Below are positions 10,180-18,486 of a stretch of DNA of 32,000 nt, piece by piece. The notes under the pieces are model-generated. The model was given only the letters and a program-made list of their open reading frames with translations, ran no database searches and was not told the origin of the DNA. The number at the start of each line of letters is the position of its first letter. Positions within the stretch are counted from its first letter, which is position 1. The position numbers and the translations under genes are program-made. Where the stretch lies: NCBI RefSeq assembly GCF_000012805.1, contig NC_007484.1:3090001-3122000 (forward strand), in the 5' to 3' direction. This stretch comes from Nitrosococcus oceani ATCC 19707. GTDB taxonomy: Bacteria > Pseudomonadota > Gammaproteobacteria > Nitrosococcales > Nitrosococcaceae.

Positions 10180-10626
10180 ATGGCCATTAGACATTATGAG
10201 TCCTTTGACCTACTCAACCAATTGCAAAGAGAAGTCAATCGTCTCTTTGAGGGGAACTCTCCCCAGCATACTCAAACCGAAGCGGAGCTTGCCACGAGCG
10301 ATTGGGTCCCCGCTGTAGATATTAAGGAAGAAGCGGACCGGTTCGTTATTTATGCCGACGTGCCTGGTGTTGAGTCCAAGGATATTGAGGTGACTTTGGA
10401 CAATGGCACCCTCACCCTTAAGGGCCACCGTCAATCCAGTAAAATCCCGGAGCAGCGGGGCTATAAGCGAGTGGAGCGGGTCAGCGGCAGCTTTTTACGG
10501 CGCTTTGCCCTGCCCAATACGGTGGATGCCGCTAAAGTCAGTGCCCGCTCTCAAAACGGTGTCCTTGAACTGGTGATCCCAAAAAGCCAGCAGGCCCAGA
10601 GCCGCAAGATTACGGTGGAAGGATAA
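10180..10626 (+). CDS. Hsp20/alpha-crystallin small heat-shock protein
   Basis: 148 aa. WVPAVDIKEEADRFVIYADVPGV...DIEVTLDNGTLTLKGHR...ERVSGSFLRRFALP...NGVLELVIPK is a canonical alpha-crystallin domain. An AGGAG Shine-Dalgarno sequence lies upstream. Confidence 0.9.
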   Translation: MAIRHYESFDLLNQLQREVNRLFEGNSPQHTQTEAELATSDWVPAVDIKEEADRFVIYADVPGVESKDIEVTLDNGTLTLKGHRQSSKIPEQRGYKRVERVSGSFLRRFALPNTVDAAKVSARSQNGVLELVIPKSQQAQSRKITVEG

Positions 10627-10695
10627 AGCCCAGAAAGCCAATACCAAGGAACCGTTACTATTACGGCAATGATAGTCTCTAAACATTAAGGAGTC

Positions 10696-11202
10696 ATGAC
10701 GATGTCCCCCCTAGAGCAGATCCATAAGGGTGCCTCCCGCGCTTGGGATTACCTTACCGAGGGTTGGCATCACCTGCGGGAAAGAGCGAACCAGGCTCTT
10801 ACCCAATTTACACCGGCAACCCAAGGAGGGCAGCTGGAAACGATGGAAGACCAGGTCATGGAAAATGCTTCCCGCTGGGGGCTATTAGCCGCCGAAATCA
10901 AGGAGGATGATAAAGCCGTGACCGTTCGGTTAGAAGCCCCTGGCATGGAAGCCGGCGATTTTGATATCGAGGTAATGAATAATGCCCTGGTGATCCGAGG
11001 TGAAAAGCGGGTAGAACGGGAGCAAAGTGATGGACGCTACTATGTGATGGAGCGGGCCTATGGGCGCTTTGAGCGAGTCCTGCCACTACCTGCCGAAGTC
11101 ACGGAAAGCGGATCGCAGGCTAAATATCGCCGAGGCGTACTCTGGATTTCCCTGCCAAAAACACGGCAGATAAAACATCGTGTTGAGGTAAAATCCGGCT
11201 AA
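10696..11202 (+). CDS. Hsp20 family small heat-shock protein (second paralogue)
   Basis: 168 aa. VTVRLEAPGMEAGDFDIEVMNNALVIRGEKR...ERAYGRFERVLPLP...RRGVLWISLPK. An AAGGAG Shine-Dalgarno sequence lies just upstream of the ATG. Confidence 0.85.
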   Translation: MTMSPLEQIHKGASRAWDYLTEGWHHLRERANQALTQFTPATQGGQLETMEDQVMENASRWGLLAAEIKEDDKAVTVRLEAPGMEAGDFDIEVMNNALVIRGEKRVEREQSDGRYYVMERAYGRFERVLPLPAEVTESGSQAKYRRGVLWISLPKTRQIKHRVEVKSG

Positions 11203-11266
11203 TAAAATTGAATTTTACTTCAATGCTAAAGTAACTTGTTTTTTTAGCAGCGGTAAAGTAAACGGC

Positions 11267-11290
11267 GCCCCCTCTCCGGGGGCATCGTTT
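11267..11290 (+). terminator. possible terminator hairpin after the hsp20 pair
   Basis: GCCCCC-tctcc-GGGGGC followed by atcgttt. The stem is GC-rich but the U-tract is weak. Confidence 0.35.
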
Positions 11291-11382
11291 AGAGCTAGTT
11301 CGATATAAGTCAGGTAAACAATCAGGATGGCGTCCAAATTAACCCTAACATTAGCGATGCCGCGATGACGAGCATACCCAAG

Positions 11383-11529
11383 TTAGGAAATATTTTTGAG
11401 CTGATCGTTGACCGCGTGTCTTTGCCCTTTGAGCTTCGATGATTTTTTGAACCCCATCAACCTTGTATGCAGAAGGTTGTCGACCATGGGGATATTACCG
11501 GGCTGCAAAATTGGAGAAGGCTTCAGCAT
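11383..11529 (-). CDS. small 48-codon ORF downstream of the structured RNA; coding status uncertain
   Basis: An AAGGAGAGG Shine-Dalgarno sequence lies 7 nt before the ATG at 11529. The product is MLKPSPILQPGNIPMVDNLLHTRLMGFKKSSKLKGQRHAVNDQLKNIS, with no recognisable family. The longer 101-aa ORF-track version overlaps the RNA terminator and is unlikely. Confidence 0.25.
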   Translation of the reverse strand: MLKPSPILQPGNIPMVDNLLHTRLMGFKKSSKLKGQRHAVNDQLKNIS

Positions 11530-11619
11530 AATGAACCTCTCCTTGGAATTAAACATGGATGTTGAATGACCCCCCAGCGAGAGTGCGAAACAAAGTGGCA
11601 CATCGAGCGCGAGGGCCAC

Positions 11620-11655
11620 ATAAAAATAGGTCCCCGGTGTTGGACCCCACCGGGG
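11620..11655 (-). terminator. intrinsic terminator at the 3' end of the structured RNA
   Basis: The minus strand reads CCCCGGTG-gggtccaa-CACCGGGG, then acc, then TATTTTTAT. This is an 8-bp GC-rich stem plus a U-run. The plus-strand reading has no U-tract. Confidence 0.65.
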
Positions 11656-11935
11656 AAGGGTTGGCTTTCGCCTGCTCTTACGAGCCACCGCTTACGCGGG
11701 TTAAGGTTCCCTCGCTCGGTTATCTCGCGGTTCCTCCCACCCTTGCGGGTCAATCCCTTGAGGGGGCACTGCCCGTTATCCCGGCCCGTGCTGTTTAACC
11801 CCCTGGCGCAGTGTTCGGAGCTGGGAATGCACCCCGAAGTGCCTATCTTTACCGGCTGAGGTAACACAAGCCCGTCAGCCAGAATTCGCGAGTAACGTCT
11901 CCTACCGAAGTAGGGAACTGGTTGAGTCAATGACT
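11620..11935 (-). ncRNA. unclassified highly structured RNA (about 320 nt; the 5' end is not defined)
   Basis: The minus strand carries two C(UUCG)G-type hairpins and five short stems capped by GNRA loops (GCAA, GUAA, GUAA, GAAA). It also has a long-range CTCGCG/CGCGAG helix, a possible pseudoknot and a 3' intrinsic terminator. The stable tetraloops exist only on the minus strand. The ORFs called on both strands here overlap each other and look non-proteinaceous. Confidence 0.6.
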
Positions 11936-12099
11936 GATCATTTAAATACATGGCAGTATGCAAATTTCAGTCAAACCGGGGACTCTACTCATTTCTAAAC
12001 ACCACCGGTTCACAGCAAAATGCCGAGTGATAAGGGGATTACCCCCTCCTAGACAGAGTGATCTATACTAATAAAGTACCCTCAATCCCTGTTAAAGAA

Positions 12100-12822
12100 A
12101 TGATGTCCTCAGACTTGCCTGCCTATAGGGTCCGGGTATCATCCCGGGCACGGCATGTCCGTATTCAGGTCAGCGCTGAGGAAGGCGTGATCGTCGTTTT
12201 ACCTCAAACAGTAGATCCAGCCTCGGTTCCCGCTTTACTCTGGAAAAAAAAGGCCTGGCTAGACCGCACCCTCTCTCAGTTCGAAGGGCTTCAGCACCAA
12301 CCTCCATTGGCTACTCAGGAGACTTCACCTACGCTTATTTGCCTACGCGCTATAAACCAGCAGTTTTATATCACCTACCACAAGGACGCCAACCCCAGCC
12401 TCCATATCCATACCCTGGGCAACCGGCTATTATTGCGGGGCCATGTCACTCATTACTTCCTGGTAAAGCAAACTTTGCAGCGCTGGTTGACGGAACAGGC
12501 CCACCTGCACCTCCCGCCCTGGTTAGAGACCGTAAGCAAAGAAATCAGCCTCAAACACTTCAAGACAATTATTCGAGGCCAACGCACCCGTTGGGCTAGC
12601 TGTTCCCAACGCCAGACCATCAGCTTGAACCATAAGCTGCTATTTTTACCCCCCCATTTGGTGCGCTATGTTTTTCTCCATGAACTCGTTCACTTGGTGC
12701 ACTTTAATCATTCCCCCCGTTTCTGGACTTTGCTGACTCACTTTGAATCTAATTGCCGCAGCCTGGATCAGGAATTGCGCCGCGCCGGACACTATGTCCC
12801 CGCCTGGGCTGAGCGACGCTAG
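12100..12822 (+). CDS. YgjP-like metal-dependent hydrolase (DUF45/M48-related, HExxH)
   Basis: YRVRVSSRARHVRIQV near the N-terminus and HELVHLVHFNHSPRFW near the C-terminus are characteristic of the YgjP/UTP-hydrolase family. I prefer the ATG at 12100 over the GTG at 12058. Confidence 0.8.
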   Translation: MMSSDLPAYRVRVSSRARHVRIQVSAEEGVIVVLPQTVDPASVPALLWKKKAWLDRTLSQFEGLQHQPPLATQETSPTLICLRAINQQFYITYHKDANPSLHIHTLGNRLLLRGHVTHYFLVKQTLQRWLTEQAHLHLPPWLETVSKEISLKHFKTIIRGQRTRWASCSQRQTISLNHKLLFLPPHLVRYVFLHELVHLVHFNHSPRFWTLLTHFESNCRSLDQELRRAGHYVPAWAERR

Positions 12823-12922
12823 AGACCCAAGTACAGCTACTCCATCCAACCCGTATTGCGCCGGTGGGAAGGTGTGCTTACTATAAGGAGATTCCCATGA
12901 TGATTCCCTAAAGTGAAAACTT

Positions 12923-14359
12923 ATGATGCCAAGATTAATTCCCGCGGGAGCCCTTGCGCTTTGGATTCTGGTTCCGCCCTCTACCGCCTGGAGTCAAGAA
13001 GAGATACACACCACCCACACCGATCAAAAAAAGGTGGCGATTACTATCTATAATAATGATTTAGCCTTGATAAAAGACCAACGCCAGGTGGCATTAAAAA
13101 AAGGGCATAATACGCTAGCTTTTATGGATGTGAGCACCGGTATTCAATCCGAGACCGCCCTGCTTCGCAATCTTACCCACCCCCAGGGTTTTTCTATTGC
13201 TGAGCAAAACTACGAATTTGACTTGCTCACCGCTGAAGCTTTACTTCAGAAACATGTGGGACAGCAGGTAGGCGTCATTTCCCGCCATCCCACGACCGGC
13301 GAGGAAACTATTGAACAGGCGATCCTATTAGCCGCCAATCCGGGGGTAATCCTGCGTTTCAAGAACCGCATTGAAACAGGGATTTCTCCGGATAGGCTGG
13401 TTTACCAACAGATTCCCCAAGATCTACGGGAGCGCCCTTCTTTAATTTTGCAACTCCAAACGGAAGTGGCAGACAAGCAGGCCTTAGAGCTAAGCTATCT
13501 GACCAGTGGCCTAAACTGGAAGGCTGATTACGTGGCTCAGCTCAATCAAACTGAGGATCGCTTCGATCTAAATGGCTGGGTGACTCTCACGAACCAGTCT
13601 GGAATTTCTTACCAAAATGCCCACCTGCAATTAGTGGCGGGCAGCGTCCATCAGGTCACCCCGCAAGTCCACTACGCCAAACGCCCAGCGCAAGAGGCCA
13701 GGACATTTGCAGACGTTCCCCCCATGGAGGAAGAAGGTTTACTAGACTATCATCTGTACACATTAGATCACACCACAACTCTCAAAAACAATCAGACCAA
13801 ACAGGTCGCCCTACTCAGCGCCCATAACGTCATAGCTCAAAAACAATATGAGCTCCGAAGCCACACACCGCGACTCTACTACGGTCACTCCCAATCTTTT
13901 CCCGTCTTAAAACCGCCGGTCATGGTTTACCTGCATTTCGATAACACCCAACAGGCTGGACTGAAGCTGCCCTTGCCAGCGGGTATCATCCGGGTCTATA
14001 AGCAAGACTCAAGAGGTAACACCCAATTTGTGGGCGAGGATCGGATTAATCATGTCTCCAAAAACGCTTCTGCTAAACTTAGGCTAGGGCAAGCTTTTGA
14101 CATCACCGCAAAAAAACAGCGGACCGAGTACCGCAAACTGGATTCCGATTCTTTCGAGGCCACCTTCAAAATAGAGCTTCGCAATGGCAAAAAAGAATCC
14201 GTTCTGGTTAAGGTCGCCGAATTTATTCCTGGCGATTGGTATATTATTACCGAGAGCCACCCCCACCAGCGGGAAACCGGCAATACCGCGCTTTGGCAAC
14301 TATCCATCCCGGCAGAGGGCCAGGTTACCCTTACCGTAAGTTTCCAAACCCGAACCTAG
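12923..14359 (+). CDS. secreted conserved protein, DUF4139-like
   Basis: 478 aa with a signal peptide (ALALWILVPPSTAWS). The size and the segment SYLTSGLNWKADYVAQL...LNGWVTLTNQSG fit my recollection of DUF4139/MuiA-like proteins. The family call is from memory only. Confidence 0.6.
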   Translation: MMPRLIPAGALALWILVPPSTAWSQEEIHTTHTDQKKVAITIYNNDLALIKDQRQVALKKGHNTLAFMDVSTGIQSETALLRNLTHPQGFSIAEQNYEFDLLTAEALLQKHVGQQVGVISRHPTTGEETIEQAILLAANPGVILRFKNRIETGISPDRLVYQQIPQDLRERPSLILQLQTEVADKQALELSYLTSGLNWKADYVAQLNQTEDRFDLNGWVTLTNQSGISYQNAHLQLVAGSVHQVTPQVHYAKRPAQEARTFADVPPMEEEGLLDYHLYTLDHTTTLKNNQTKQVALLSAHNVIAQKQYELRSHTPRLYYGHSQSFPVLKPPVMVYLHFDNTQQAGLKLPLPAGIIRVYKQDSRGNTQFVGEDRINHVSKNASAKLRLGQAFDITAKKQRTEYRKLDSDSFEATFKIELRNGKKESVLVKVAEFIPGDWYIITESHPHQRETGNTALWQLSIPAEGQVTLTVSFQTRT

Positions 14360-14404
14360 TCCTCGTCCAAATATGATTCCAGACACCTGAGTTTTTATAC
14401 CGCC

Positions 14405-15589
14405 ATGAGCATTATCCACCACGCCCTTGTCTTAAACTTACATCAACCAGCAGGCAATCTGGAGCATTTACTGGAACATGCCCCCTGGGAGGCTCAAGAA
14501 ATTCTCTATGCCCTGGACCGGATACCCCGCTCCCTTTGGGGATACGAGGATATCGCCCGGGTTCATCTAGCCTTCTCGGGTACGCTCCTTGAAACCCTCT
14601 CCAATCCCGGCTTTCAGCAACGGGTCTATGGGATTATCAAATGCGGCGACTTGCTGTGGCATCTCCAGAATACCGCCTTATTTAACCTTCTGGGGAGCGC
14701 TTACTATCACCCTGCTCTCCCCCTGATTCCTGGCCCGGATCGGGAAGAGCATATCAAGCGCTGGCTAGGTATCGGGCGGCATCTTTTTAGCCAAACTCGC
14801 TTCAGCGGGTTTTGGCCGCCAGAGATGGCTTTTACCATGGAATTGATCCCCCTGCTGAAGCAACATGGGTTCCGTTATGTCCTGGTAGATAGCCTCCATG
14901 TGGAGCCTTTAGAGGAGATGAGTTGGCAGGAGCTCCGCTACCGCCCCCATATTGCCGAGTACGGGGGGGAAGAAATCATTGTGGTGGTCCGGGACCGGGA
15001 ACTCTCAGATGCCCAGGAAGCCGGAATGGAGTATGACTGGTTTCTAAATGAGCTTTATCACCGCACCCGGCCGTGTGACTTCCCGCCCCTGGTTACCACC
15101 TGTAGCGATGGAGACAATGGCGGCTGGTTCCGTAATACTTCCGAGGAAAGTAATTTTTGGGGAACATTTTACCGGGATTTTTTAACAGGGGCGCGCCGGG
15201 ATAATGCTATTCTCCGCCCCGCTTTCATCCAGGATTACCTGGACAAATACGGCGCCAAGGGCCGAGTTAGGATAACAACCGCAGCCTGGAATACTGGCGA
15301 TCACTCAGGGATTGATTTTATCCAGTGGACCGGCTCCCAGTGCCAAAAAGAGGCCCTTAAACGGGTAGAAGAAACCAGTACGGCCTTCCATCAACTAAAG
15401 CAAAAACATCTTGGCGCTCAAGCCCTGAACCCGGAAATCGCCCATCTTCTCAATGAGGCGGAGTGGCACCTGCTACGCTCGGAAACCAGTTGCCACTTTT
15501 ATTGGGGAGAAGCATGGGTTCATCGCGCCCATGAAGATTTGGATACCGCCTGGACGCAAATGAACACCGCAGCCCAGAAACTTAAATAA
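14405..15589 (+). CDS. glycoside hydrolase family 57-like protein
   Basis: 394 aa. The N-terminal LNLHQPAGNL plus later WPPE..F and DGDNGG segments resemble GH57 (alpha-amylase or branching-enzyme type) cores. The assignment is by eye. Confidence 0.6.
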   Translation: MSIIHHALVLNLHQPAGNLEHLLEHAPWEAQEILYALDRIPRSLWGYEDIARVHLAFSGTLLETLSNPGFQQRVYGIIKCGDLLWHLQNTALFNLLGSAYYHPALPLIPGPDREEHIKRWLGIGRHLFSQTRFSGFWPPEMAFTMELIPLLKQHGFRYVLVDSLHVEPLEEMSWQELRYRPHIAEYGGEEIIVVVRDRELSDAQEAGMEYDWFLNELYHRTRPCDFPPLVTTCSDGDNGGWFRNTSEESNFWGTFYRDFLTGARRDNAILRPAFIQDYLDKYGAKGRVRITTAAWNTGDHSGIDFIQWTGSQCQKEALKRVEETSTAFHQLKQKHLGAQALNPEIAHLLNEAEWHLLRSETSCHFYWGEAWVHRAHEDLDTAWTQMNTAAQKLK

Positions 15590-15610
15590 CCATGAAATAT
15601 TTGCTATCCA

Positions 15611-15913
15611 TTATTCTGGGGGAACCAAGCCCAAAAATCCTCCTTTACCCTGAAAGGAACTATCAATATGGCGGCATCCCTCCATGCATATTTGCTGGAG
15701 ATCCATCCCTGGAAGCTTCAGCTGGCAGAAATTAATGCATCCAGCGTAATCGGATAAGGAAACCCCACTGGTTCGCTCCTTTACAGTCACTATCTCATCT
15801 TGGGAGCCAGTTTCCTTATTTGTATTTAGTCCTTGTGCATTTACTCCAATACCCGCACCCATCATGACCAAAAGAAAAGCTAATACCGTTAAAATAAGGC
15901 TTGAGCGTATCAT
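15611..15913 (-). CDS. small secreted Cys-containing protein
   Basis: The ATG at 15913 is preceded by GGGGAGG. The signal peptide is MIRSSLILTVLAFLLVMMGAGIGVNAQG, and the mature part has 4 Cys. It lies directly downstream of the 309-aa secreted protein on the same strand. Confidence 0.5.
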   Translation of the reverse strand: MIRSSLILTVLAFLLVMMGAGIGVNAQGLNTNKETGSQDEIVTVKERTSGVSLSDYAGCINFCQLKLPGMDLQQICMEGCRHIDSSFQGKGGFLGLVPPE

Positions 15914-16172
15914 TTCTAACCTCCCCGGAATAATGCCCTTTAGCAAAGTTTGCCCTAGTGGCATAAACCTATGATCTCTTTTAATTGTAGACTATGGAAT
16001 TCAGGACTCACGGAGATAAGGTAGCCTATACGCTCATCCATTACTCTCTGGCATCAGATGAGGCGCCCTCAATAGCGGACACCTCACTTTGACCATCCCC
16101 GAAATCGCAACACTTGCCCTTCAGGGCAATTTAGTTTCTGGATGGTGCTGCAAAAGTCTTGTCCTTGAGCAA

Positions 16173-17102
16173 CTACTTTGCCGGATGACCCACGCAGATC
16201 CCACTGCAGTCAGCGCCACCTTGGGCAGGGTCACAATCATCCGAGGGATCATCCACACACTTCTTGCCCTCCGGGCAAGGAAGGCCCGCAATGCCTCCAC
16301 ACATTTGCTTTGGACGGCTCACACAGATCCCGCCGCAGTCAGCACCACCCTGGGCAGGGTCGCAATCATCCGAGGGATCATCCACACACTTCTTGCCCTC
16401 CGGGCAAGGAAGACCCGCGATGCCTCCACACATTTGCTTTGGGCACCTTTTATCGCCGTAAGCCTTATCGCCGTAAGCCGGGCTGCCCTTGGGAGGATAG
16501 GTGATATGTTCCTTGATCTTAGGCTGCGCCGCCGGCGCCACCAGCTTAATCATTTCACGGATTTTCCGTGGCTGAACGGCTTCGACATCCATGGTTTCCA
16601 CCTCTCCTTCCGTAGACCGGGCGGTATAGACACTGACGACATCCAAGGGCACGGGGCTTTTAATCACCACAAACCCTTCCAGAAAAGCAAAATCTACGCA
16701 CACGCCGTCAATGGGGCAAAAAAAGCCTGCAATATTAAAACAGCTCAATTCAGTAACCCCATCCGGCTGAAGCTTGGCCTTTTTGAAGGGCGTAACATCG
16801 AAGGGGCCTGGTTCAGAGCCAAATGCTGTGGCCAACGCCACTTTGGCGGCAATAGTAATAGGTTTATTAGTAGGGTTATGGATATTAACAATGGTACGGT
16901 AGGTACCTCTGACCAAAGTGCCATCTTGATGCGGGAGTAATAGGGAGCAGGCGACTTTGGCAGCGTATTGAAATTCCGTTTTTATCGTTTCTGGGTACTT
17001 TGCCGTTTCTGCCTGAGCCGCCTGAAAAATTCCGCTGGAAGCAAGCCAACCCCATAAACCTATTAAGACAGAAAAGGCCCCAATCATTCGTAGCTGTTTC
17101 AT
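16173..17102 (-). CDS. secreted protein: conserved N-terminal domain plus two tandem 43-aa six-cysteine modules
   Basis: The signal peptide is MKQLRMIGAFSVLIGLWGWLASSGIFQAAQA. The module PKQMCGGIAGLPCPEGKKCVDDPSDDCDPAQGGADC(G/S)GICV occurs twice at the C-terminus. The plus-strand 283-aa ORF is its antisense shadow. Confidence 0.8.
   Translation of the reverse strand: MKQLRMIGAFSVLIGLWGWLASSGIFQAAQAETAKYPETIKTEFQYAAKVACSLLLPHQDGTLVRGTYRTIVNIHNPTNKPITIAAKVALATAFGSEPGPFDVTPFKKAKLQPDGVTELSCFNIAGFFCPIDGVCVDFAFLEGFVVIKSPVPLDVVSVYTARSTEGEVETMDVEAVQPRKIREMIKLVAPAAQPKIKEHITYPPKGSPAYGDKAYGDKRCPKQMCGGIAGLPCPEGKKCVDDPSDDCDPAQGGADCGGICVSRPKQMCGGIAGLPCPEGKKCVDDPSDDCDPAQGGADCSGICVGHPAK
16191..16448. repeat. 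tandem 129-bp duplication (2 copies) inside the 309-aa gene
   Basis: Copy 1 starts cacgcagatccc at 16191 and copy 2 starts cacacagatccc at 16320. They differ by about ten substitutions by eye and encode the repeated Cys module. Confidence 0.9.
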
Positions 17103-17534
17103 GGTCGTTACCTCATATCGGTTAGATATAGCCGTTATTCCAAACCACTAGAAATCTTCCCTTCAATCCTCCTCGCGAAATTTTTAGAATGCCGATTTTA
17201 AGTATAGTGTTCAGTACAGCTTATCGTGTGCGGAAAATAACCGTGTCTCTAGTGAAAAAATTACCTTCGTGGGAGTAGCTCTCTGCTCAGGATAAAAATG
17301 GCGGCAGAGAAATCATGCGATATTTGTATGTTCCGCCGATTCTAGACGGTGCCGCTCTGGTGAATACTTTCTGCGGAATGGTGGGAAGAATAGCTGGGCC
17401 ATAGCCGATTAGCTATAGAGGTTCTTGATTTTTATCTCCTTGAATAAAAACCCTCCTAAATAAATTAGGACTGCCCTAGCTGCTTATATAGTGTCAGATG
17501 AGATACCCACTATTCGTCAGGAGAAATCCCCAAA

Positions 17535-18083
17535 CTATTTTCCTCTAGGAGTATCCTTAATTTTCAGAAATTTTTTGATTTCTTGTTCAAGGTAGAAGGC
17601 TTGCTCGCCTGATTCGAGTTTCTCAATGAGTTTAATATTTTTTCCATTGTGGGTAATTACATGAATTTCGTGGGAAATTGATTTCCCTTCTGCGGAATGG
17701 AAAATTTTTTCTTTCGCATATAGCTGTTTGATAGCAGATACTGGTATCTCTTTATTACCACGCCAGGGGATTGGCTTGTGTTGGATCACTATTTTTTCAG
17801 CGCCTATATATATATGGGTTTTATTCAACCACAAGGCCGCAACGTAGTACGCTAAACTGATTCCAGCGGCAACGTGCAAAAACGGAAAAAGTATCACAAT
17901 GAGGGGACTGTTTTCGTTAAGTATAGAATACCAGTACACCAAGAGCCCATTCCAAAATACGGTGAATACCGCCAAGAGCGGAGTGGTCCAGCTTCGCCAT
18001 GCTCGAACTATTTCAATATACGATTCAAAATGATGAATCTGTAATCTCTCGGAGATTTCTAGTTCAGCTTTCTCTTTTCTCAT
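17535..18083 (-). CDS. hypothetical membrane protein (2 predicted TM helices), A+T-rich gene
   Basis: 182-aa ORF with hydrophobic stretches PLLAVFTVFWNGLLVYWYSIL and IVILFPFLHVAAGISLAYYVAALW. I recognise no family. Its composition differs visibly from the core genes. Confidence 0.6.
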   Translation of the reverse strand: MRKEKAELEISERLQIHHFESYIEIVRAWRSWTTPLLAVFTVFWNGLLVYWYSILNENSPLIVILFPFLHVAAGISLAYYVAALWLNKTHIYIGAEKIVIQHKPIPWRGNKEIPVSAIKQLYAKEKIFHSAEGKSISHEIHVITHNGKNIKLIEKLESGEQAFYLEQEIKKFLKIKDTPRGK

Positions 18084-18318
18084 AGCAACAGCGAGAAGTC
18101 CTTAATTGACTGTATCAATTCTAAACCGGGTAATGATGTTACCAGAACCAAGAGTTCTCAACCGGGAATGAGTTGCCAAGGTAGTTCGCTTGCGTTGGCA
18201 TTCAAGAGAAAACCTAATGGATGCATTTACCGTCCTGCATAGATTGGTTATTCTTTTGGCCTAGTTCATGATGAGTAAGATATGGCGGGATGCGCTACGC
18301 TTTCCCGCCCTACGTGCT
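18070..18318. repeat. copy A of a duplicated leader element (includes the start of the 182-aa gene)
   Basis: It matches 19053..19418. The 143-nt core, 18118..18260 against 19097..19242, shows 12 substitutions plus 1 indel by hand count. The shared distal end is gtaagatatggcgggatgcgctac.ctttcccg..ctacgtgct. Confidence 0.85.
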
Positions 18319-18424
18319 GGATAGTCTTTTCCGATAGTCTAAACCAAACAGGATACTTGCCCTCGTTCTTTGGCTTCCTGCTTCTCCAAATCAAACCCTA
18401 TTTCTTTAAGCACCTCATCAAATT

Positions 18425-18484
18425 TCTTAACTTTCTGCCCACGCATCGAAAGATCGCTTCTCGATCTCAATGGCATTGTTATGT
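18425..18484. other. attC-like imperfect palindrome immediately after the higA-like stop
   Basis: TCTTAAC...tgcc(c)a...gatcg-cttct-cgatc...tggca..GTTATGT. The terminal 7-mers are near inverse complements of RYYYAAC/GTTRRRY type, and the inner stem has a bulged base. It starts 3 nt after the ORF stop. Confidence 0.3.
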
Positions 18485-18486
18485 TT

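Noticed and set aside
11620-11935. The structured RNA could be RNase P RNA, tmRNA, a cobalamin riboswitch or a group II intron fragment
   Set aside because: I could not find the hallmark strings by eye. Missing were GGAAAGUCCGGGC and ACAGAACCCGGCUUA (RNase P), a GGGG... 5' end with a tag ORF and a tRNA-like 3' end (tmRNA), GCCACUG with a B12 box (cobalamin), and a GUGCG 5' end with a domain V AGC...GNRA hairpin (group II). This is visual inspection only, so a covariance-model search is still needed.
11523-11963. Overlapping ORFs of 146, 79, 97 and 101 aa on both strands
   Set aside because: They overlap each other in a GC-rich segment that is better explained by RNA secondary structure. The translated text is rich in R, P and G with no domain-like features.
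16111-16135. TTGCCC-ttca-GGGCAA hairpin downstream of the 309-aa gene as its terminator
   Set aside because: The U-tract is on the wrong (plus) strand for that gene, and the minus-strand reading lacks a U-run. It is left uncalled.
16089-16940. 283-aa plus-strand ORF, together with the ORFs at 16178..16504 and 16264..16461
   Set aside because: These are antisense shadows of the 309-aa minus-strand gene. Their 'repeats' merely mirror the 129-bp tandem duplication. They have no signal, Shine-Dalgarno sequence or family features, and their composition is low-complexity and rich in R, H and P.
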